Assembly (NCBI GenBank): GCA_964612055.1
Contig: CAZTBI010000002.1
Span: forward strand, 163,529 to 227,528
DNA length: 64,000 nucleotides
Direction: 5' to 3'
From: an uncultured Bdellovibrionales bacterium
GTDB taxonomy: Bacteria > Patescibacteriota > Minisyncoccia > Moranbacterales > UBA1568
The translations under genes and the position numbers were made by a program. Positions within the stretch are counted from its first letter, which is position 1, and each line of letters starts with the position of its first letter. Under the pieces are notes generated by a model that was given only the letters and a program-made list of their open reading frames with translations, had not been told where the DNA came from and made no database searches. Of this stretch, positions 1 to 8,739 are shown one piece after another.

Positions 1-173
1 AAGAAACTATCGCTCTTGGTGACCTCGTCGTTGGTGACAAAATAGTAGTAGTAGGTAAGCCCCAGGACGACGGCGTAATTGCCGCTACCCTGATCCGCAT
101 CTTTCAGAAAGATAAATCATTGAAGTAGTCTCATGTGAGGAAGGGGGGTTTCAGAACAGGTCCCAAGTGACAC

Positions 174-665
174 TTGATTTTTTCTGAGATTCGTGCTACC
201 ATTCTTCTTCAGGAAATGATTGTCCGTACGGACGATTTTTCTTTTGTCTCAAATTATCTTTTCTCTATGAAACAAGCAAAACAGCAGCCCACCTATATCC
301 AAGTAAAACGCTCGAGCGCCGGCTTGGGTCTCTTTGCTTTGGCGCCGATAAAGAAGGGGACGACCATCATCGAATATATCGGTGAACGCATCACGACGAG
401 TGAGGGTGACGAGCGGGATAACCGCTATATGTTCAATGTGAATACCAAATGGGATATCGATGGCAGCCCGCGCTACAATACGGCGCGCTATGCCAATCAC
501 TCCTGCCGTCCGAATGCTGAGGCGATCAACCGTCGCGGTCGGATCTTTATCGTCGCCAAGAAAAATATCGAGGTTGGTGAAGAAATTACCTACCACTACG
601 GCAAGGATCATTTCCAGGGCTTCATTGAAAAACTCGGTTGCCGCTGTGTGAAGTGTGACGCCTAA
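174..665 (+). CDS. SET-domain protein (putative protein-lysine N-methyltransferase); start codon uncertain (TTG at 174; in-frame ATGs at 213 and 267)
   Basis: Canonical SET motifs ANHSCRPN and EEITYHYG, then a Cys-rich post-SET tail CRCVKC. Confidence 0.7.
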   Translation: MIFSEIRATILLQEMIVRTDDFSFVSNYLFSMKQAKQQPTYIQVKRSSAGLGLFALAPIKKGTTIIEYIGERITTSEGDERDNRYMFNVNTKWDIDGSPRYNTARYANHSCRPNAEAINRRGRIFIVAKKNIEVGEEITYHYGKDHFQGFIEKLGCRCVKCDA

Positions 666-730
666 ACTTTCTGGTTCGTATTGACTTTTTCTAAAACTTC
701 TGTCATAATCCACAGATTCATACATGACCT

Positions 731-1456
731 ATGACAGAGGAAATTTCTTATCCTATTCGTATCAACCGCTATCTCGCTTTGAAAGGGATGGCGACTCGTC
801 GTGGCGCCGATCAGTTGATTGAGGCTGGTTTAGTCTTGATCGGAGGGAAGAAAGCAGTATTGGGCGACAAAGTAGAAAATGCCGAGACTTTTGTGGAAGT
901 GATTAAAGATAAAAAGCAACCGGAAAAGAAACTGGTCTATATTGCCTATTACAAGCCACGGGGTATTATCACCCATTCGCCACAAGAACACGAAGAGTCG
1001 ATTGATCAGATCTCGGGATTCCCTGGGACTTTTCCGATCGGCCGCCTCGACAAGGATTCTGAGGGACTCATTATTCTGACGAACGATGGTCGCGTGACCG
1101 AGCGTTTGCTTCATCCGCGCTTCAAACATGAGAAAGAATACAAAGTCATGGTCCGAGAAGATATTCCCGGTAATTTGAAACGGGTACTCGAAGACGGTGT
1201 CTACAGTGTCGGGGAGTGGCTCAAGGCGAAGAAGGTCATGGTTGTCCCACCGCGCACCATTCATATTATTTTGACCGAAGGCAAGAAGCACCATATCCGG
1301 CGCATGCTCTCTGAAGCGCACCTGACGGTAGAGAAACTCGTCCGTACTCGGGTCATGGGTATTCATCTTGGAGCGCTCAAGCCCGGTAAGGCTCGTGTCC
1401 TCGAAGGTGCCGCCCGCAAAGCCTTCCTCCAAAGTATCGAACTCCAAGAACTCTAA
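731..1456 (+). CDS. RNA pseudouridine synthase, RsuA/RluB family (S4 domain + catalytic domain)
   Basis: N-terminal S4-like segment IRINRYLALKGMATRRGADQLI; catalytic motif GRLDKDSEGLIILTNDG. Confidence 0.85.
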   Translation: MTEEISYPIRINRYLALKGMATRRGADQLIEAGLVLIGGKKAVLGDKVENAETFVEVIKDKKQPEKKLVYIAYYKPRGIITHSPQEHEESIDQISGFPGTFPIGRLDKDSEGLIILTNDGRVTERLLHPRFKHEKEYKVMVREDIPGNLKRVLEDGVYSVGEWLKAKKVMVVPPRTIHIILTEGKKHHIRRMLSEAHLTVEKLVRTRVMGIHLGALKPGKARVLEGAARKAFLQSIELQEL

Positions 1457-1457
1457 A

Positions 1458-1483
1458 AACACTCCTCAAAAGGGTGTTTTTTC
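1458..1483 (+). terminator. Intrinsic terminator after the pseudouridine synthase gene
   Basis: Imperfect hairpin acactcc/gggtgt followed by a run of six T immediately after the stop codon. Confidence 0.4.
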
Positions 1484-1490
1484 ATACCCA

Positions 1491-1519
1491 TTGACATACC
1501 CCCCTGGGGGTATTAAGAT
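1491..1519 (+). promoter_or_regulatory. Sigma70-like promoter (TTGACA-N17-TAAGAT) with an embedded CsoR-type operator palindrome ATACCCCCCTGGGGGTAT (1496-1513)
   Basis: Perfect 8+8 GC-rich inverted repeat fills the -35/-10 spacer, just upstream of csoR; resembles known CsoR operators. Confidence 0.5.
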
Positions 1520-1545
1520 AAGAGTATAAATAGTGGAGCATACAT

Positions 1546-1809
1546 ATGAATACATCCAAGCAAAAAATCGAACGACGCCTCAAGATCATTGCTGGCCAGG
1601 TGAGAGGGCTAGAGGAGATGGTGGCCAAAGATACCTACTGTATTGATGTCATCACCCAGACCTCGGCTGTGAAGCAGGCATTGACCGTGATCGAGGATCT
1701 CATGATGGAGAGTCATCTTAGTACGTGTGTGATCAATCAGATCAAGAATGGGAAAGAAGAAAAAGCCAAAGCAGAGATCTTGAAGGTCTATCAACTCAAG
1801 CGAAAATAA
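1546..1809 (+). CDS. csoR: CsoR/RcnR-family copper-sensing transcriptional repressor
   Basis: 87-aa all-helical protein with conserved Cys/His (YCIDV...ESHLSTC); heads a copA operon. Confidence 0.8.
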   Translation: MNTSKQKIERRLKIIAGQVRGLEEMVAKDTYCIDVITQTSAVKQALTVIEDLMMESHLSTCVINQIKNGKEEKAKAEILKVYQLKRK

Positions 1810-1814
1810 TACCT

Positions 1815-4118
1815 ATGGAGACAAAACAAACCTACGGAGTGAAAGGAATGCATTGTGCCTCGTGCGCTAGCATCATCGAAAAGACTTTCAAGAAAGTGGA
1901 GGGAGTAGCGGAGGTCTCTGCCAACTACGGCAATGAGAGCGTGGCTGTTTCGTACGATGAGATGAAAACCAACCCTCACCACTTATCAAAAACACTCGAG
2001 CCGCTAGGTTACTCGCTTATCATTCCCGAAGAACAAACAGCCGAGTCCATGGGTATGAGCGCAGATGAGCATGCGGCGCACCTCGGGTTGAATCAAACAA
2101 AGAAAGAAAAACTGGCCGAGCTTGCCACGATGAAGACCCAGATTCTTTCTGTTATCCCCCTGGCTATTTTCAGTATTTTTCTCATGGGCTGGGAAATCTT
2201 GGCACGCTTTGAAGTGATCCTCCCGCCACCATATATCTGGAAGGAATTTTTTCATCACCTGCTTCCCATCATGGCGACCTACGTTTTGTTCGTTGTGGGT
2301 AAGCCATACTTGCTCGGTTTCTACCGATTTCTCCGTTATGGCAAAGCCAATATGGATACACTCATTGGTATCGGCACCACAGCTGCTTTCCTCTATAGTT
2401 TCATTCTCTCGGCTTTTGAAGAGACGCTGCGACCGTACCTCGATGTCGAAAATATGTATTACGATGTGACGATTGTCGTCATCACCTTTATCGCCCTCGG
2501 GAAATATTTGGAAGCACGTTCAAAGCTCCGGACTGGTGACGCTATCGAAAAACTCTTGAACCTTCAGGCCAAGACCGCCCTTGTTACTCGCGACGGAAAA
2601 GAAATGGAAATACCGGTGACGGAAGTAGTAGTTGGTGATCTTATCGTGGTAAAACCTGGTGCCAAAATTCCAGTCGATGGGGTGCTCACGCTCGGGTCTT
2701 CGTATATTGATGAATCGATGGTGACGGGTGAACCGATGCCGGTGAACAAGGCTATCGGCGATAGCGTGGTAGCTGGTACGGTCAATACCAGTGGCGCCTT
2801 TACCTTTCAAGCGACCAAGGTTGGGGGAGCGACTTTCCTTTCGAGTATTATCAAAATGGTGCAAGAGGCCCAAGGGTCGAAAGCACCGATTCAGGCTCTT
2901 GCCGACCGGATCTCGAGCGTGTTCGTACCGGTGGTACTGGTGATCGCGTTTTTGACGCTTGGCACCTGGCTTGTCGTAGGGACTCAGTACTTTGGATTTT
3001 CTCAGGCGCTTTCCTATGGGCTGACCTCATTTGTCGGTATCCTCATTATTGCTTGTCCTTGCGCGCTCGGACTGGCCACCCCGACGGCTATCATTGTTGG
3101 AGTGGGGAAGGGTGCCAAAGAAGGTATTCTGATCAAGGATGCGGCGACATTGGAAAAGCTCCATCAAGCAACGGTAGTGGTCGTTGATAAGACCGGGACA
3201 CTCACTCGGGGTAAACCAGAACTGACGAAACTCCAGAATTTTTCTGATCAGAGTGATGACGAACTTCTCTCGATCTTTGCGTCACTTGAAAGTCAATCAG
3301 AACATCCGATCGCTCATGCCATCATCAAAAATGCGGAAGAGAAACATATCGCTTTTGCCACACCAGAAAATTTCTCGGCCATCAAGGGGAAGGGAGTTCG
3401 GGGTGAAATTGGAGGAAAAGAATATTTTCTTGGAAATAGAAAACTGATTCAAGATTTCGGATTGTCTTTTGACATGACTTCTCTCGAGGAAGAGACGAAA
3501 ACAGGGAAGACGCCGGTCCTCTTGGCAACCAAAGAACGAGTGCTTGGTGTCGCGTTGGTTGCTGATGCTTTGAAAGATGAAGCCAAGGCTTCGGTCGCGG
3601 CACTTCACGCGCTCGGGATCAAGGTGGTTATGCTCACAGGGGATGATCGTAATACGGCGCAGCATATTGCAGCGCAGGTTGGTATCGATGAGGTTTTTGC
3701 CGAAGTTTTGCCTGATGAGAAACTCGCGAAAATTAAAGCACTCCAACAAGCAGGCGAGGTAGTAGCGATGGCAGGGGACGGGGTGAATGATGCTCCAGCT
3801 CTCGCCCAGGCCGATATCGGTATTGCTATGGGAACAGGCACTGATGTGGCGATCGAATCAGCGGGCATCACGCTCCTTCACGGTGATATTTCGAAACTGG
3901 TGAAAGCGATCAAATTATCAAAGCTCACTATGAGAGGAATTAAGCAAAATCTCTTCTGGGCCTTCGGTTATAACATCATTGGCATTCCGCTCGCTGCTGG
4001 AGTATTCTATCCAATTTTTGGTTGGCTCCTCTCGCCAGTCTTTGCGGGTCTCGCCATGGCACTTTCCAGTGTCTCGGTCGTCGGTAACTCGCTCCGTCTC
4101 AAAACGAAAAAACTCTAA
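1815..4118 (+). CDS. copA: Copper-translocating P1B-type ATPase
   Basis: N-terminal HMA motif GMHCASCA; CPC in TM6 ([12 protein letters not shown]); DKTGTLT; [10 protein letters not shown]. Start moved to the ATG at 1815, 6 nt after the csoR stop. Confidence 0.9.
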   Translation: METKQTYGVKGMHCASCASIIEKTFKKVEGVAEVSANYGNESVAVSYDEMKTNPHHLSKTLEPLGYSLIIPEEQTAESMGMSADEHAAHLGLNQTKKEKLAELATMKTQILSVIPLAIFSIFLMGWEILARFEVILPPPYIWKEFFHHLLPIMATYVLFVVGKPYLLGFYRFLRYGKANMDTLIGIGTTAAFLYSFILSAFEETLRPYLDVENMYYDVTIVVITFIALGKYLEARSKLRTGDAIEKLLNLQAKTALVTRDGKEMEIPVTEVVVGDLIVVKPGAKIPVDGVLTLGSSYIDESMVTGEPMPVNKAIGDSVVAGTVNTSGAFTFQATKVGGATFLSSIIKMVQEAQGSKAPIQALADRISSVFVPVVLVIAFLTLGTWLVVGTQYFGFSQALSYGLTSFVGILIIACPCALGLATPTAIIVGVGKGAKEGILIKDAATLEKLHQATVVVVDKTGTLTRGKPELTKLQNFSDQSDDELLSIFASLESQSEHPIAHAIIKNAEEKHIAFATPENFSAIKGKGVRGEIGGKEYFLGNRKLIQDFGLSFDMTSLEEETKTGKTPVLLATKERVLGVALVADALKDEAKASVAALHALGIKVVMLTGDDRNTAQHIAAQVGIDEVFAEVLPDEKLAKIKALQQAGEVVAMAGDGVNDAPALAQADIGIAMGTGTDVAIESAGITLLHGDISKLVKAIKLSKLTMRGIKQNLFWAFGYNIIGIPLAAGVFYPIFGWLLSPVFAGLAMALSSVSVVGNSLRLKTKKL

Positions 4119-4122
4119 GTCT

Positions 4123-5142
4123 ATGAAAACTTACACTTTCCATGTTTCAGGCATGCACTGCCACTCGTGTATTCTCCTTACCGAGAGTGAGCTCTCAGAA
4201 TACCCAGGCGTGACCAAGGCGCACTCGAGTCTGAAGACACATTCAGTCACTATTACCGGTGATTTTGGTGACAAGGCGCCAGCCGCGATAGCCGAAGAGC
4301 TCAGTCAGGTACTACAGAAACATGGCTATACCCTTTCGCTCGAGAAACAGGAAACGAAAAAAGAATGGTCACAATTCAAAGTAGCCGTACCGCTAGCACT
4401 GCTTCTCGTCATACTGTTTATCGGTCTGCAGAAAACAGGGCTGGTCAATCTGGTGAATACTGATTCGGTTTCGTACGGGACAGTGTTTTTGATCGGGATC
4501 ATTGCGTCGCTCTCGACTTGTATGGCAGTGGTCGGTGGGCTGGTACTTTCTGTTTCGGCTACCTTTGCCAAGGAGGGGGACAAAGTGAAACCGCAGCTCC
4601 TCTTTCATGTCGGAAGACTTGTTTCCTTCTTTATCTTAGGTGGAGTGATTGGCGCTGTCGGTGCCAACTTTACCTTGAGTACGACGGCGACATTTGTGCT
4701 GAGTCTTCTCATCGGTCTCGTCATGCTCATTCTCGGTATCAACCTGCTTGATATTTTCCCGTGGGCCAAGCGTTTGCAGCCAGCCATGCCAAAATTTTTT
4801 TCGAAGCACGCGCTCGGAGTAGCTCGTTTCAATCACACGCTCACGCCACTCTTTATTGGTATTGCTACCTTCTTTCTGCCATGTGGCTTCACGCAGTCGA
4901 TGCAGCTCTATACACTCTCAACGGGGAGCTTCTTTTCGGGCGGACTGACAATGCTCACCTTTGCACTGGGGACACTGCCGGTCTTAGCACTTATTAGTTT
5001 CAGCTCCTTCAGCATAGAGCGCAGCGCCAAAAAGGGACTCTTCTTCAAAACCGCTGGTCTGATAGTGATCTTCTTCGCACTCTTCAATCTCGTAAATAGT
5101 CTGGTTGTTATCGGTCTCATTCCACCGATCTTTAATTTCTAA
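4123..5142 (+). CDS. HMA (heavy-metal-associated) domain fused to a polytopic DsbD_2/TauE-like membrane domain
   Basis: N-terminal GMHCHSC metal-binding fold, then about 8 TM helices with intramembrane Cys (LSTCMAV, FLPCGFTQ). Start moved to the ATG at 4123, 5 nt after the copA stop. Confidence 0.6.
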   Translation: MKTYTFHVSGMHCHSCILLTESELSEYPGVTKAHSSLKTHSVTITGDFGDKAPAAIAEELSQVLQKHGYTLSLEKQETKKEWSQFKVAVPLALLLVILFIGLQKTGLVNLVNTDSVSYGTVFLIGIIASLSTCMAVVGGLVLSVSATFAKEGDKVKPQLLFHVGRLVSFFILGGVIGAVGANFTLSTTATFVLSLLIGLVMLILGINLLDIFPWAKRLQPAMPKFFSKHALGVARFNHTLTPLFIGIATFFLPCGFTQSMQLYTLSTGSFFSGGLTMLTFALGTLPVLALISFSSFSIERSAKKGLFFKTAGLIVIFFALFNLVNSLVVIGLIPPIFNF

Positions 5143-5153
5143 GCTCTCGTTCT

Positions 5154-5555
5154 ATGAAAGTATTTTTTGGTTTCGTTGTCGTCCTCGTTCTTCTCATGGG
5201 TGGATATCTGGTGATGAATATTGCCGGAAAAGGAGAGGGTGAGGCGACTAATCCTCTGGTCGCGGCAAACAACGTCAGCATTGTTGATGGGAAACAGATT
5301 GTCGAAATCCGGGCCAAGGGAGGCTATCTCCCAAGAAAGAGTGTGGTGAAAGCTGGCATGCCAACTATCTTGCGGGTGAATACTGCTGGAACATTTGATT
5401 GTTCTTCAGCTATTCGGATTCCCAGTCTTAGGGTCAGTCAGACCCTACCGGCTACCGGTGTGACCGAGATCGAGCTCGGGAGTCTGGAGCCGGGAACGCT
5501 TCAGGGAAATTGCGGTATGGGCATGTACCCCTTTGAGATATCTGCTGAAAATTAA
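5154..5555 (+). CDS. Cupredoxin-like domain protein (membrane-anchored)
   Basis: N-terminal TM; C-terminal C...GNCGMGMY motif typical of small cupredoxin-like proteins found in cop operons. Confidence 0.5.
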   Translation: MKVFFGFVVVLVLLMGGYLVMNIAGKGEGEATNPLVAANNVSIVDGKQIVEIRAKGGYLPRKSVVKAGMPTILRVNTAGTFDCSSAIRIPSLRVSQTLPATGVTEIELGSLEPGTLQGNCGMGMYPFEISAEN

Positions 5556-5558
5556 AAC

Positions 5559-6062
5559 ATGAAATTCCTTCCTTATCTTATTTTTGGATTGGTGCTCCTC
5601 GCCGTGATGGAAGGGATAGTTTGGTTCGTTCTTCGTTCCGGTTCCGAAACTCCTTCGGACGTGCCGGTGGTCGAAGAGGTGTTGCCAGTAACCCAATTAC
5701 CAGTGACTCCGGCGACCAAGGAAGAAACGAAAGCGAACGTTGAGAGCGGAACTTTTCCGGAGCCGAGCGTAGAGGTAGTGAATGGCGTCACGGAACGGAC
5801 GATTCATATCGGGGTGCGGCAGTGGGAATGGGATCCCAAGGTCATCCGTGCCAAAGAAGGGGAGCGAGTCCGTCTCATCATTCACAATGCTGACGTGCGT
5901 CATACGCTGGTTGTTCCGGCACTTCAGATTGATATCGATATTCCACCCGATGGCGCAGTGGCGGATTTCATGGCCACGAAAAAAGGTACCTTTGATTTCC
6001 TCTGTGGCACCTACTGCGGTGTCGGACACGCGGAGATGCAGGGGACACTTGTGATAGAATAG
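5559..6062 (+). CDS. Cupredoxin-like domain protein (membrane-anchored), CuA-like CxxxCxxxH site
   Basis: N-terminal TM; FLCGTYCGVGHAEMQG resembles CuA/cupredoxin copper ligands. Confidence 0.55.
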   Translation: MKFLPYLIFGLVLLAVMEGIVWFVLRSGSETPSDVPVVEEVLPVTQLPVTPATKEETKANVESGTFPEPSVEVVNGVTERTIHIGVRQWEWDPKVIRAKEGERVRLIIHNADVRHTLVVPALQIDIDIPPDGAVADFMATKKGTFDFLCGTYCGVGHAEMQGTLVIE

Positions 6063-6083
6063 AGAAGATTTGAGATAAAAACT

Positions 6084-6593
6084 ATGGATATTTTGTCACA
6101 CGGGCTCTATGGGGGAGTGGCCTTTGGAAGGAAGAGCAAGAAAAGTTTCTGGTTGTCATTCTTTTTTGGTATCGCGCCGGATCTTTTCTCCTTTGGATTA
6201 TTTACGGCGAGTGTCTGGCTGGGGCTGACACATGGATTGGATTGGTCTGCTGGGCCACCTGACGAGAAGCTGATCCCGCAGTATGTCCATACGCTCTACA
6301 ATTTCACGCACAGTTTTGTTGTTTTTGCGGCTGCCTTTGGTGTGGTCTGGCTCATCCGTCGCAAGCCTTTGTGGGAAATGCTGGCATGGCCACTTCATAT
6401 TCTGGTTGATATTCCGACCCATTCGGACAGATTCTTTCCGACACCGTTTCTTTGGCCAGTTTCGGATTATCACGTGAACGGGCATCCCTGGAGTAGTCCC
6501 GAGATTTTTATTCCCAACGTCATTCTCATCATCAGTCTCTACCTTTGGTTCTATGTCATCAAACCATGGCGGAAACGGACAGGAAATTCCTAA
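6084..6593 (+). CDS. DUF457/YdjM-like membrane-bound metal-dependent hydrolase
   Basis: Starts MDILSHGLYG; conserved HILVDIPTH; multi-TM. Confidence 0.45.
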   Translation: MDILSHGLYGGVAFGRKSKKSFWLSFFFGIAPDLFSFGLFTASVWLGLTHGLDWSAGPPDEKLIPQYVHTLYNFTHSFVVFAAAFGVVWLIRRKPLWEMLAWPLHILVDIPTHSDRFFPTPFLWPVSDYHVNGHPWSSPEIFIPNVILIISLYLWFYVIKPWRKRTGNS

Positions 6594-6599
6594 AGGGGC

Positions 6600-6628
6600 T
6601 TTACAAAAGGGAAAAAAGGTGCTATAAT
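6600..6628 (+). promoter_or_regulatory. Sigma70-like promoter TTTACA-N17-TATAAT upstream of paralog A
   Basis: Hexamers read directly; followed by a leader with direct repeat GGGTGCC-aaac-GGGTGCC and a small hairpin plus T-run (about 6656-6675). Confidence 0.5.
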
Positions 6629-6700
6629 GGGTATACAAGTGAAAAAGCGGGTGCCAAACGGGTGCCCGTTTTTTCTTTATATAAAGCCAAATAGAGCCAA

Positions 6701-7327
6701 ATGAAACACAAACAACATAAAAAAACAGAGTATCAAACACAAAAGCCTCTCTTCCAGGCTGCTTCTTTGTCTTCCATGACACTTTCGAGTGATGTCTTTT
6801 ATGGAGCCTTTCTTTCGCTCTCCTTTGTCGTTGCCACACTTCTTTTTGGTGCTGGTACTAGTCTCGCCAATGTAGAGATCGCTTTTCCAGAAAAAAGTCC
6901 TCGTCAGGTGGTCTTTGAGCACAAGATGCACAAGCTTGTTACTGGCTATCCGATCGAGGCTATGACACCCTATATCGACGAACAAGACGAAACGACCGCT
7001 GCTTATCTAGTGAGTATCGCTAAGAAAGAAAGTAACTGGGGCAAGCGTGTTCCTCGTGCCGAAGATGGTTCTGATTGTTACAATTACTGGGGCTATCGTG
7101 GGGCAGGGAGTCGTGGTATCGCCATGGGTCATGGTTGTTTCGGGAGTCCCGAAGAGGCTGTTGGCGTGGTTGGCGGACGACTCGATACCCTGGTTAATGA
7201 GTACCAGTTCCGTACCCCGGCCGAGATGGTGGTCTGGAAATGCGGCTTTAGCTGTGATGGCCATAGCGGCCAGAGCGTCAAAAAATGGATCACTGACGTG
7301 GGGTACTACTACAACAAAATGCAGTAA
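6701..7327 (+). CDS. Secreted protein, paralog A of a 3-member family with a GH73-like glucosaminidase signature
   Basis: N-terminal TM; IAKKESNWGKR ... CYNYWGYRG ... GHGCFGSPEEAV ... WKCGFSC; compare GH73 ESGWG / NNLFGIK. Four conserved Cys. Confidence 0.45.
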   Translation: MKHKQHKKTEYQTQKPLFQAASLSSMTLSSDVFYGAFLSLSFVVATLLFGAGTSLANVEIAFPEKSPRQVVFEHKMHKLVTGYPIEAMTPYIDEQDETTAAYLVSIAKKESNWGKRVPRAEDGSDCYNYWGYRGAGSRGIAMGHGCFGSPEEAVGVVGGRLDTLVNEYQFRTPAEMVVWKCGFSCDGHSGQSVKKWITDVGYYYNKMQ

Positions 7328-7330
7328 TCT
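7273..7330. repeat. 58-bp direct repeat, copy 1 (3' end of paralog A including the TAA stop)
   Basis: Exact 58/58 identity with 8533-8590. Confidence 0.9.
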
Positions 7331-7339
7331 TCTCTGAAA

Positions 7340-7364
7340 CGACCGATTGAAAACCGGTCGTTTT
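7340..7364 (+). terminator. Intrinsic terminator (cgaccg-N9-cggtcg-TTTT)
   Basis: Perfect 6-bp stem plus T-run immediately after repeat copy 1. Confidence 0.5.
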
Positions 7365-7369
7365 CTGTA

Positions 7370-7398
7370 TTGACAAAGAGCCTTTTTCGCTCTAGAGT
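7370..7398 (+). promoter_or_regulatory. Sigma70-like promoter TTGACA-N17-TAGAGT driving the inserted GC-rich gene
   Basis: Hexamers read directly; RBS AAGGAG lies 7 nt before the ATG at 7443. Confidence 0.4.
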
Positions 7399-7442
7399 GC
7401 CTCCAGATCAATCCTGATCTTTTCCTTCACAAGGAGACTTCC

Positions 7443-8459
7443 ATGAAGTCCATATCAATAGCAGCAGGACTGTTTCTGGTTGCTTTCTCCGTAGTGGCGG
7501 CGGAAGTGGCTTGTCCGGAACTCACGGCGCCCCAGCGTGTCGCCGGATACCTTTCCTGGATGGGATTTTTCCAGGTCATTGGTGTTACCACTTTGACCGC
7601 CGGCGTGATGTATGTCTTTCGGGGCGTACTGACAGTGATCTGGGGTAGGTTGTGGGCTGTCATTCGCGACATCGCCGACGTACTGGCTCACGTGTTCAGT
7701 CTCGGGCTCGTTGTGGTTGGCGCCTGGGTGCCAGAAGAATACCGCCTGTGGCCAGTGCTCGGCGGGTGCCTCCTCTTCGCGGGGAGCGTCTTCCTCACTA
7801 TCTGGCTACGCAAGTTGAAGGGCGACAGTCCGGCTGGCATATACGGCCTCCTGACGTTCGTGTGGGGGTGTGTTGCGCTCTACTATGGAATGCCTGAAGT
7901 TGGGTTCATAGCGGTGGCCGCTCTCATGGGTCTTCTCGGCTACTCCATCGTCGTCACGCCGTTTTGTTACGGCTTTGGCTTCCGTGATGAACCAACCATG
8001 GTACGGACCACCAGTGCAGCACTCGTGATCCTGGTGTTCTACTCAGTGGCCCAGCTTTTTCCGTCAACTGTTCCGGCACTGCCAGCGGTGTTTGCTACCG
8101 GAGCGTTCTGGCTCGGTTCTTTGGTCGCTTTCACGGGCCTCCTCATCGTTTCGAACAAGCTGTACTTTCAGGAGAAGAAGGATTCCACCTACATGTGGAT
8201 GCAGGCAGTGACCCTTCTGGTCTACCTCGGCGGCACTGCCTACGGCATGATCTTCGGCATCAATGCGCTTGCGGGGATGGCGGGCACCTTCCTGGTGCTC
8301 TACGCCGCCGCCAAGCTGGTGGAGGTCGAAACGAATGGTTACATCACCTTCGGGCTCAAGCTCATGGCCATCGGCGGAATCTTCGCCGGAGCCTGGTGGT
8401 ACGCGACGGCGCATCAGGAAGTGGTCATGAAGTACCTGACCACGACGCTGCCGGTCTAG
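7443..8459 (+). CDS. GC-rich polytopic membrane protein, unknown function (about 10 TM)
   Basis: 338-aa ORF with strongly G/C-biased third positions, unlike the flanking genes; hydrophobic throughout; no recognisable motif. Confidence 0.6.
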   Translation: MKSISIAAGLFLVAFSVVAAEVACPELTAPQRVAGYLSWMGFFQVIGVTTLTAGVMYVFRGVLTVIWGRLWAVIRDIADVLAHVFSLGLVVVGAWVPEEYRLWPVLGGCLLFAGSVFLTIWLRKLKGDSPAGIYGLLTFVWGCVALYYGMPEVGFIAVAALMGLLGYSIVVTPFCYGFGFRDEPTMVRTTSAALVILVFYSVAQLFPSTVPALPAVFATGAFWLGSLVAFTGLLIVSNKLYFQEKKDSTYMWMQAVTLLVYLGGTAYGMIFGINALAGMAGTFLVLYAAAKLVEVETNGYITFGLKLMAIGGIFAGAWWYATAHQEVVMKYLTTTLPV

Positions 8460-8478
8460 GCTGCGCTAAGCAGCGACA

Positions 8479-8514
8479 AGGTTTCTTGTGAGATATCTCG
8501 CGAGGAACCTTTTT
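8479..8514 (+). terminator. Intrinsic terminator after the inserted gene (aggtt...aacct + TTTT)
   Basis: Inverted repeat with inner palindrome gagatatctc, followed by T-run. Confidence 0.4.
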
Positions 8515-8532
8515 CTTTTGTGCAGGAGAGGG

Positions 8533-8590
8533 GAGCGTCAAAAAATGGATCACTGACGTGGGGTACTACTACAACAAAATGCAGTAATCT
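8533..8590. repeat. 58-bp direct repeat, copy 2 (non-coding remnant)
   Basis: Exact copy of 7273-7330. Confidence 0.9.
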
Positions 8591-8615
8591 CCCTCTATAG
8601 ATGGATAATTCCCAA

Positions 8616-8641
8616 AGACTGTCACAAAAGACAGTCTTTTT
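8616..8641 (+). terminator. Intrinsic terminator (agactgtc-acaaaa-gacagtct-TTTTT), probably the original terminator of paralog A
   Basis: Perfect 8-bp stem plus T5 directly after repeat copy 2. Confidence 0.55.
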
Positions 8642-8739
8642 CGTTATTATTATGTTTGACCAAACGTCAAAAATGTGTTATTTTTAGATGCGCTAAAAAG
8701 GAGTTTTTAGGAAGTTACTTTAGCCAAACTTTGTTCTAA

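Noticed and set aside
1-100. Partial minus-strand ORF running off the left edge (MRIRVAAITPSSWGL...)
   Set aside because: Weak RBS, low-complexity translation, and it is truncated by the window edge, so it cannot be supported.
249-725. 158-aa minus-strand ORF overlapping the SET-domain gene
   Set aside because: It is antisense to a gene with clear conserved motifs and has no motif or RBS of its own, so it is treated as spurious.
6065-6078. AGAATAG..ATTTGAGATAAA shared after the stop codons of cupredoxin-2 (6060) and the PPIase (21197)
   Set aside because: Only a 12-14-nt identity. Several such chance matches are expected in 64 kb.
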